Assembly: GCA_016214995.1 (NCBI GenBank)
Contig: JACRML010000058.1
Location: forward strand, 4,194 to 68,193
DNA: 64,000 nucleotides
Source: Deltaproteobacteria bacterium
GTDB lineage: Bacteria; Desulfobacterota; GWC2-55-46; UBA9637
Direction of reading: 5' to 3'
The notes under the pieces are model-generated. The model saw only the letters and a list, made by a program, of their open reading frames with translations, was not told the DNA's origin and made no database searches. How positions within the stretch are numbered: position 1 is the stretch's first letter; the number at the start of each line of letters is the position of its first letter. The position numbers and the translations under genes were made by a program. Positions 57,001 to 64,000 of this stretch are shown here, one piece after another.

Positions 57001-58647
57001 TCATCTTAATAATTGTGTAACTTTCTTTTGACCGCCCACATCTTCAAACGGGAAATCCTTCCTATAAGGCACAACAGCAAGGCTTATATTGCCTATTTCT
57101 TTTATCTTGGTTAAAAGCCCTATCACTTCCTGATCTGGCAGGGGTTGCGACGTGTTCCAATCAATTGTCTGAAATTTCATCAGAACCTTTTGCGGCTCAC
57201 CGACCAGCCTGACCGCCTCGCTGGTCATATTTTGTATCAGGCTCTGTATCTCATAAGGTTCTTTTTTTAACTCATCATGCATCTGTCGATGATAGGCCAT
57301 TACCGCATAATAATCAAACCACTGCTTTACAGCCTCATCAAGGCTCTGGGAAAGCCATGCCATTGCGTAAGGAGGGTTTGAGATACTCTCATACATCAGA
57401 TTTATTACAAATTTTGCATTCGGGTTTTTCTTTTTTACAACTGCTTTAATTCTCATTGCAACCTGAAGCAGCCTTTTATTTTTCCACGCTGCCCATCTCC
57501 AGAACTCCGGAGCATATTGAGGGTTCAAGGGTTCAAGGGTTACAGAGTTCAAATTCTGCCCCATGTTATTATAAAGTTCAGCCGGTATAAGCCTCTTGTC
57601 GTTGTCCTTTTTATAAAACGCATCACTGTAAGAACCAAAACCTTCATTATGCTTTAAAACAAGGTCATCCTGAAAAAGTACGCCATCGATAGGATATTCC
57701 GCAAGGTCATTAAAGAGTTTTTCCAGATGATAAACAGCCGCTTCGTTAAAAAGGTCAAGTCCTTTGCAGGAAACAATATTTTTTGTATGAAAGTCGTACG
57801 CCTTGCAGCCAAGGTCTTTTCTATGTTCCAGGCCATAGTCAGCATATCTCGTTGTCATCCACGCAAATACCTTTAATCCTTTTTTATGCGCCATATCAAG
57901 AACAGTCCCAAGTATATCCTCAACTACCGGAGATTCTTTTGTTTTAAAATAGACCCCAACCTTGCTCCTCGGTTTTATAAATTGATAAAATCTATCTTCC
58001 TTATTATGGAAAACCCTTAAAATAATAGTATCTATGCCTGCCCCCTTTAACCTATCCAGTTCCTTATCAACTTCCTTATAGTTTTTCCCTTCAAACAAGG
58101 CAATCTGAACAGTCCGTAATGGTGACGAAAAACCTAGAGGTTGAGAGGTTAAGAGGTTGGATTGAACCTTTACTACCGGAAGTTTAGGCGCAGCAACAAA
58201 CTCTGCCTCTCCCTGCTTAAAACCTGCGGGGACATGTTTCAATTTCGCTTTAGCAATTTCCAATTTTAAAGATGCTTCTCTTTTAAACTCATTATCGGGA
58301 AAGTTCTTAATAAGCTGCTGCCATTGACCAACAGCCTCTTGATACATGGATGCATTGAGACACGCATCACCAATCATGTATTGGGCATGAGGAATAATCT
58401 GGCTACCCGGAAAATAATCTATTACCCTGCCGAACTCCCTGGCAGCAACCGTATAATGGCCCTGTTTATAAAGAAACATGGCGTAGTTGAACTGGTCTTT
58501 GTCTGTGAGGAAGGGACGATTCCCCTGAGCGTTTAGGGAAGATGCAAGAAGCAAGAGGCAAGAGGCAAGAGATAAGAGGTAAGAGACAAGATTTTTTTCT
58601 TGCTTCTTGCTTCGGACTTCTTGCTTCTTATTTCTAAAACAACACAT
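57001..58647 (-). CDS. TPR-like N-term plus PgaB C-terminal-like glycoside hydrolase domain
   Basis: DTIILRVFHNKEDRFYQF...GLKVFAWMTTRYADYGLEHRKDLGCKAYD...YPIDGVLFQDDLVLKHNEGF. Confidence 0.7.
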   Translation of the reverse strand: MCCFRNKKQEVRSKKQEKNLVSYLLSLASCLLLLASSLNAQGNRPFLTDKDQFNYAMFLYKQGHYTVAAREFGRVIDYFPGSQIIPHAQYMIGDACLNASMYQEAVGQWQQLIKNFPDNEFKREASLKLEIAKAKLKHVPAGFKQGEAEFVAAPKLPVVKVQSNLLTSQPLGFSSPLRTVQIALFEGKNYKEVDKELDRLKGAGIDTIILRVFHNKEDRFYQFIKPRSKVGVYFKTKESPVVEDILGTVLDMAHKKGLKVFAWMTTRYADYGLEHRKDLGCKAYDFHTKNIVSCKGLDLFNEAAVYHLEKLFNDLAEYPIDGVLFQDDLVLKHNEGFGSYSDAFYKKDNDKRLIPAELYNNMGQNLNSVTLEPLNPQYAPEFWRWAAWKNKRLLQVAMRIKAVVKKKNPNAKFVINLMYESISNPPYAMAWLSQSLDEAVKQWFDYYAVMAYHRQMHDELKKEPYEIQSLIQNMTSEAVRLVGEPQKVLMKFQTIDWNTSQPLPDQEVIGLLTKIKEIGNISLAVVPYRKDFPFEDVGGQKKVTQLLR

Positions 58648-59989
58648 CCATCATCTCCTTAACCGATTTTACCCCAATCATCTCAAGCTTACCTTTGCCT
58701 TTTATCTTCGATAGATTATCCTTTGGCAGGATGCACTTATCAAAGCCCAATTTCTCCGCCTCGTTTATGCGTGGCTCTACCTGGCTTATACCTCTCACTT
58801 CGCCTGCCAGTCCCACTTCTCCGAACACCACAGTCTTCTGCGGTATGGCTTTGTCAAGAAAATTTGAGGCAAGCGAGGCTATAATGCCGAGGTCTATGGC
58901 AGGCTCTTCAAGTCTTATGCCGCCGGTTACCTTGAGGAATATGTCGTGGTTTTGAATGTTAAGCCCGCCTTTCTTTTCCAGCACTGCGGTAAGCAGAGCA
59001 ACCCTGTTGTAGTCTATTCCAACTACCGTTCTTTTGGGAATACCGAATATGGTGGGGCAGACCAAGGATTGAATCTCCACCAGAATCGGTCTTGTGCCTT
59101 CAAGGCTTGATACCACAACAGAACCGGAGGCATTCTGCGGCCTTTCTGCAAGGAACAGGGCGGATGGATTAGCAACCTCTTCAAGCCCCTTATCATGCAT
59201 CTCAAATACCCCTATTTCCATGACAGAGCCGTAGCGATTTTTTACAGCCCGGAGTATTCTAAACTGATGTCCCCTTTCGCCCTCAAAATAAAGAACAGTA
59301 TCTACCATATGTTCAAGCACCCTGGGCCCAGCGATAGAACCGTCCTTGGTCACATGCCCTACCAGAAAAAGTGGCATATCCATGCCCTTTGCATTAAATA
59401 TCAACTGAGATGATGTCTCCCGAACCTGGCTTACACTGCCAGGCGATGATTCAAGCGCCTGTGTATAAATGGTTTGGATGGAATCTATGATAAGAATCTC
59501 CGGCTTAAGTCTCTTTACGCTATCCAGTATCCTCTCCAGGGTATTCTCTGCATATATGAAGAGGTTTTCTGATGTTACGCCAAGTCTTTCACCCCTTATC
59601 TTTGTCTGCTTTGGAGACTCTTCGCCAGAAACATATAAAACCTTTTCTCCATTGCCAGCAAGCATCGCCATAGCCTGAAGCAGTAATGTTGATTTGCCAA
59701 TACCCGGATCTCCGCCTATAAGTATTGCAGAACCCAAAACAATTCCACCGCCAAGAACCCTGTCCAACTCCCCGATGCCTGTTTTAAACCTGTCCTCCTC
59801 TTTTACCTCAAGGGTTGTGATGGGCTGCGGCGAAGAACCTCCTTCAAAGACCTGAAGCCCCCTCCTCTCCTCAAATGCCTTTTCCTCAACAAAGGAATTC
59901 CATTGATTGCAGTCAGGACATTTGCCCAACCACTTTGGCAATTGATAGCCGCAGGATTGGCAGGTATATATGGTTCTGGTTTTAGCCAT
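58634..59989 (-). CDS. radA: DNA repair protein RadA
   Basis: YTCQSCGYQLPKWLGKCPDCNQWNSFVEE; GGDPGIGKSTLLLQ; KNRYGSVMEIGVFEM. Confidence 0.97.
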   Translation of the reverse strand: MAKTRTIYTCQSCGYQLPKWLGKCPDCNQWNSFVEEKAFEERRGLQVFEGGSSPQPITTLEVKEEDRFKTGIGELDRVLGGGIVLGSAILIGGDPGIGKSTLLLQAMAMLAGNGEKVLYVSGEESPKQTKIRGERLGVTSENLFIYAENTLERILDSVKRLKPEILIIDSIQTIYTQALESSPGSVSQVRETSSQLIFNAKGMDMPLFLVGHVTKDGSIAGPRVLEHMVDTVLYFEGERGHQFRILRAVKNRYGSVMEIGVFEMHDKGLEEVANPSALFLAERPQNASGSVVVSSLEGTRPILVEIQSLVCPTIFGIPKRTVVGIDYNRVALLTAVLEKKGGLNIQNHDIFLKVTGGIRLEEPAIDLGIIASLASNFLDKAIPQKTVVFGEVGLAGEVRGISQVEPRINEAEKLGFDKCILPKDNLSKIKGKGKLEMIGVKSVKEMMDVLF

Positions 59990-60138
59990 AGTATCAAGAC
60001 TCAAACTACAGTGAATGGTATTTAGTGAATAGTAGTCGGCCGGCAGCAACTATTCACTGTTCACTATTTACTGTTTTAATCATTTCTACAATTGACAATT
60101 AACCCTTTTCTGTTATTATAAAGGCAGTTTATTTCCTT

Positions 60139-61638
60139 ATGTCTGTCTCCTTAACAACTGAAATCATCCTAATAGAATTTTCCAAGACTGTCAAGGCTAT
60201 TGCCTTCTATCCCGAAGGGCATCCCAACCGTGAAGCAGTCGTGGAAAAAACCTTTAACCTCTTACAAGAGTTCATAAAGGAGAAGGGTAATATCAAAGTA
60301 GCCATAGAGCGCGCCGGCTTTCTGGAAGGAAAGATTCCCATATGCAGGAACCATAACCCTGTACAGGGGTTGGCAAAAGAACTATTTCTCAAAAGGGTGC
60401 GAGAGATTACATTTACAGAGGATGCAACGCTTAAGGAATGGAAGGACTTGACTTCAATTCTGAGTATGGATGCTGATAGCTTTAAAAAGGGAGGCGGCCT
60501 TGAGAAAATGCTGGTAGTTAAGGAGATTAAGGGCATCCAGCTCAATGAAATGAAATATGACGACATCCGGAAAAAGGTAATTGAAATTGAAGAAGCTAAA
60601 AAGGAGATGGAGATAGGGAAAGAAGAGGAAGCGGCAGAAGCAGAAATAGCGGAGGAAGGAGAAGAAGGGAAAAAAGAAGACGAGGTTATCCATAGCATAG
60701 AAGAGCAGCTTAAGGCCATCGAAGAAAAAAAAGAAACGCTTGAGATTTTGTTAGATAAGTTGGAAAAGGAAGAGGACACTGTTAGTTATAATGCCCTTGC
60801 ACAAAAAATAGCGGAAAAGATAAAACCAATGTATGAAGAATGCAATTGGGAAGGACTTTTCCCTGCCCTTGTAGTATTTGCCGCCCATTCTAATCCTGAA
60901 AGTCCGCGCCATCCTGAGCAAAAGACTATTGCATCTGACAGACTAAGGGAATTACTCCATAATTATATGATAGATTATCTGATAACAAGGCTTTGCAACC
61001 GCCGCGAGGAGAGACGTCAAGAGATTCAGGAGATGCTGCGCTTGTTAGGTGAGGAGGCAATGAAACAGCTGCTCACCAAACTTATTAATACAGAGGAGGC
61101 TCACACCAGACGTCAGATATTCAATATACTCACCATATTTGGTAAGATGGTAAGGATAGAAGCAGAAAAACAACTTGATGACGAAAGGTGGTTTGTGGTA
61201 AGGCAGATGGTATCGCTTCTGGGAGAAATAGGCTCACCACACTCTTTAGATGCTATAAAAAAGGCATTTGGTCATAGAGATGATAGAGTAAAAAAGGAGG
61301 TTTTGAAGACCATCGGCAAGATACAATCCAATGAAAGCGTTGTTTTCCTTTTGCAAAAGCTCGATGTGAGCAATACTTCAATCAAGATGCAGGCCGTCAT
61401 ATCACTCGGTACTCTGAAGGCTGCAAATGCTGTAGAACCATTAGGACATTTGGCATTAAAAAGAAGTTTTTCTGATGAAAATATAGAAATCAGAAAAGAG
61501 GCGGTAAGGTCACTCGGTATGATCGGCGGCGACAATGCAGCAGCCATTCTTAAAAAAGTGCTAAAGAAGCAATTTTTTTGGGGAAGAAAGCAAAACGACG
61601 AGATTCGGTCTGTTGCTGCGATAACGCAAGAGGAATGA
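60139..61638 (+). CDS. HEAT-repeat protein with unknown N-terminal domain
   Basis: VRQMVSLLGEIGSPHSLDAIKKAFGHRDDRVKKEVLKTIGKI... HEAT-like repeats. Confidence 0.8.
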   Translation: MSVSLTTEIILIEFSKTVKAIAFYPEGHPNREAVVEKTFNLLQEFIKEKGNIKVAIERAGFLEGKIPICRNHNPVQGLAKELFLKRVREITFTEDATLKEWKDLTSILSMDADSFKKGGGLEKMLVVKEIKGIQLNEMKYDDIRKKVIEIEEAKKEMEIGKEEEAAEAEIAEEGEEGKKEDEVIHSIEEQLKAIEEKKETLEILLDKLEKEEDTVSYNALAQKIAEKIKPMYEECNWEGLFPALVVFAAHSNPESPRHPEQKTIASDRLRELLHNYMIDYLITRLCNRREERRQEIQEMLRLLGEEAMKQLLTKLINTEEAHTRRQIFNILTIFGKMVRIEAEKQLDDERWFVVRQMVSLLGEIGSPHSLDAIKKAFGHRDDRVKKEVLKTIGKIQSNESVVFLLQKLDVSNTSIKMQAVISLGTLKAANAVEPLGHLALKRSFSDENIEIRKEAVRSLGMIGGDNAAAILKKVLKKQFFWGRKQNDEIRSVAAITQEE

Positions 61639-61708
61639 GGAAACAGAAAAAGAGTTTTTCTAATTTCTAATTCCTAATTTCTGATTTTGAAATGGAGCGA
61701 ATCAACAT

Positions 61709-63058
61709 ATGCCAGATATAGAGATTGAAAACATAGATATCATACTCAAAAATATCAACAGCGGGATAAAAGGCAAAAAGCTTTACCCTGTCGGACATCC
61801 TGCAATTGCCGCTTCTATGACCAAGGCATACCAAACCTTGTCAGAACTCCTTAAAACAAATAATAAGATATTTGTCGGTATGGCAAAGGATGTTATGGTT
61901 TTTGAGGAAATACCTCTTATGGATGCCGAAAAAAACCTCGGAGAACTTATTCACCAGATAAATCAGCGAGAGATTGAGGGCATAATCTTTGAAAAAGGCC
62001 TCATACAGAAAGAGTTCTTTAGTTTTATAGATGTCCTGTCTGAAGAAAATGCCTTAAAAGGCAAAGAGCTTCAGAATATGCTGGCATCCAAAAATATTTT
62101 ACATATCACTGTCAAGTCAATCTCAAAACGGAATATATTAGAGGTATATAACGATGCGGTAAATATAGTTAAAGAGACCATGAATGAGATACGGATGGGC
62201 AAGGTGCCACAGAGCAAAGAGATAATACGGCTAACGGATGAAATGACAGAATTGGTGCTGACAAACAGAGACGCCATGATGGGACTGACCATGATAAAAA
62301 ACTATGACAATTATCTGTTTAACCATTCTGTCAATGTAAGTATCCTTTCCATTGCCCTTGCCCAGAGCATGAACTATCCAAAAGCTGACATCCATACTGT
62401 TGGTATCGGCGGTATGTTGCATGATGTTGGGAAAACGGGGGTTGCAGAAGATATTATCAGAAAACCGGCCGGGCTCTCCGGTGAAGAATGGGAAACAGTA
62501 AAACAACACCCTGTGCTGGGTTCAAAGATTACAGAAAAGATGGACGGTCTGGCAAGACTTGTCGGCCGCATTGTATATGAGCATCATATACGATACGACC
62601 ATTCAGGCTATCCGCATACTGAATCAACACTGCACCCGCTCGGCATGATAGTGACCATTGCTGATGCGTATGATGCCCTGACAACACTCAGGGTTTATCA
62701 GAGACCGTACCATCCTGTGGAGGCAGTAAAGGTGATGAACAACCTTTCAGGTAAACACTTTGACCCAAATACATTAAAAACATTTATGTCCATGCTTGGC
62801 TTCTACCCAATAGGGACGGTTGTAAGGCTTTCCACCAACAACATCGGCATAGTTACAAAGCTAAACCCTGCCAACAATCTCTCCCCTACGGTTAAAATCG
62901 TATTTGGAGAAGATGGGAAACAAATGGATAAGCCTTATGAGATAGATTTGTCTAAAGCCAGCGGCACACCTGCCATTGTAGCTTCAATTGATCCATTGAC
63001 AAAGGGGTTTGATATAGGGCAGTTTTTTGAAGAAGAGGCTAAAACCTTGACTCTATAA
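61709..63058 (+). CDS. HD-GYP domain phosphodiesterase-like protein
   Basis: GGMLHDVGKTGVAEDIIRKPAGLSGEEWETVKQHPVLGSKI...YEHHIRYDHSGYP...DAYDALTTLR. Confidence 0.94.
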   Translation: MPDIEIENIDIILKNINSGIKGKKLYPVGHPAIAASMTKAYQTLSELLKTNNKIFVGMAKDVMVFEEIPLMDAEKNLGELIHQINQREIEGIIFEKGLIQKEFFSFIDVLSEENALKGKELQNMLASKNILHITVKSISKRNILEVYNDAVNIVKETMNEIRMGKVPQSKEIIRLTDEMTELVLTNRDAMMGLTMIKNYDNYLFNHSVNVSILSIALAQSMNYPKADIHTVGIGGMLHDVGKTGVAEDIIRKPAGLSGEEWETVKQHPVLGSKITEKMDGLARLVGRIVYEHHIRYDHSGYPHTESTLHPLGMIVTIADAYDALTTLRVYQRPYHPVEAVKVMNNLSGKHFDPNTLKTFMSMLGFYPIGTVVRLSTNNIGIVTKLNPANNLSPTVKIVFGEDGKQMDKPYEIDLSKASGTPAIVASIDPLTKGFDIGQFFEEEAKTLTL

Positions 63059-63170
63059 CTACATAGGTAGCATGAAAGTGTCTGAGAGTCAGGGTATCGA
63101 GGACTCAAAATTCTTACTTTGATACCCTGACACTTTGAGTCTACAAAAAAATGTAACTGCATTTCTTAGG

Positions 63171-64000
63171 TTAAATAACAGGTTTGTCTCTGAAATAATC
63201 CACTGTCTTTCTAATTCCATGCTCCAGAGAAACTTGCGGCGACCAGCCAAGTATTTTGTTTGCCTTTGTAAAATTAATCACGCTTCTTTTTTGTTCTCCA
63301 CTTTTATGAGGCCCATATTTTTCCTTAAATCCAGCACCTGTACTATTAACAAGTTCTTTAAATAATTGTTTTATAGTAGTCTCTTTGCCGGTGCCTATAT
63401 TAAAAATAGTTGGGAGTTGAGAGTTATGGGTTGAGAGTTGAGATAAGGCCAATACATTGGCCTTGGCCACATCTCCCACATATACAAAATCTCTGGTTTG
63501 CATTCCATCACCGTTTATCACAGGCTGTTCACCTCTAAGAAGTTTCTGAGCAAAAATCGCCACAACCCCTGCCTCACCATGAGGAGCTTGCCTTGGCCCG
63601 TAGACATTAGCATACCTCAAGATAGTAGAATTCAAGCCGTATACCTGACCATAGAAAAAAAGATAATGCTCAACAGATAGTTTCGCTGCGCCGTATGGGC
63701 TTAAAGGATTTGTAGGGTGGGATTCTGTAGCGGGAAATTCTTCCTGCTCCCCATATATTGCTCCGCCTGTAGAGGCAAATATAATCTTTTTTACGCCATA
63801 TTGAATACAGTTTTGCAGCAGGTTGAGCGAACCTAATATATTGACCCTGGCGTCAAGTACCGGATTTGCCACTGATTTTCGCACATCTATCTGCGCAGCA
63901 TGATGGTTTACGACATCAAATCTGCATTCCTTGAATATATCCCTTACACCTTCATCGCATATGTCAGCCTTGAAAAGTTTGGCCTTGGGACCGATATTCT
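63171..64000 (-). CDS. NAD-dependent epimerase/UDP-glucose 4-epimerase-like (5' end beyond window)
   Basis: YGAAKLSVEHYLFFYGQVYGLNSTILRYANVYGPRQ; upstream frame continues FDVVNHHAAQIDVRKSVANP to window edge. Confidence 0.88.
   Translation of the reverse strand, partial: NIGPKAKLFKADICDEGVRDIFKECRFDVVNHHAAQIDVRKSVANPVLDARVNILGSLNLLQNCIQYGVKKIIFASTGGAIYGEQEEFPATESHPTNPLSPYGAAKLSVEHYLFFYGQVYGLNSTILRYANVYGPRQAPHGEAGVVAIFAQKLLRGEQPVINGDGMQTRDFVYVGDVAKANVLALSQLSTHNSQLPTIFNIGTGKETTIKQLFKELVNSTGAGFKEKYGPHKSGEQKRSVINFTKANKILGWSPQVSLEHGIRKTVDYFRDKPVI

Overview
64 kb chromosomal window, AT-leaning, mostly housekeeping genes. Main loci, left to right: (1) a nearly complete type II secretion operon gspC-D-E-F-G-H-I-J-K-L-M-N on the minus strand (1-12.7 kb; gspN runs off the window). 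(2) SurA-like, HAMP and metallopeptidase-like genes. (3) A REP-associated (Y1) transposase inside exact 18-bp inverted repeats. (4) MATE, macro-domain, aspartase, radical-SAM and M29 aminopeptidase genes. (5) A mercury-methylation locus hgcA-hgcB (26.3-27.7 kb) carrying the NVWCAAGK motif, preceded by a CMD/AhpD-like protein, an unlisted 53-aa membrane protein, a Cys-tailed ECF sigma factor and a Cys-rich AbrB protein. (6) coaBC, UDG, a hexaheme cytochrome, pdxA, two PpiC/SurA proteins, mfd and aconitase. (7) The biotin cluster bioB-F-H-C-A plus bioD, with a textbook BirA operator (TTGTCAACC-N15-GGTTGACAA). (8) nadB, rpoH, split F0 genes, radA, a HEAT protein, HD-GYP and an epimerase. The least-explained material is repetitive: a ~220-280 bp structured intergenic element in four copies (two flank the hgc locus in inverted orientation) with nested palindromes at variable positions; hairpin families; and short-period degenerate repeats that lie in frame inside many conserved genes (pdxA, rpoH, mfd, bioA/C/F/H, pseudopilins and others). 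No CRISPR array, rRNA, tRNA or prophage was recognised. Identifications are from motif recall only; no searches were run.
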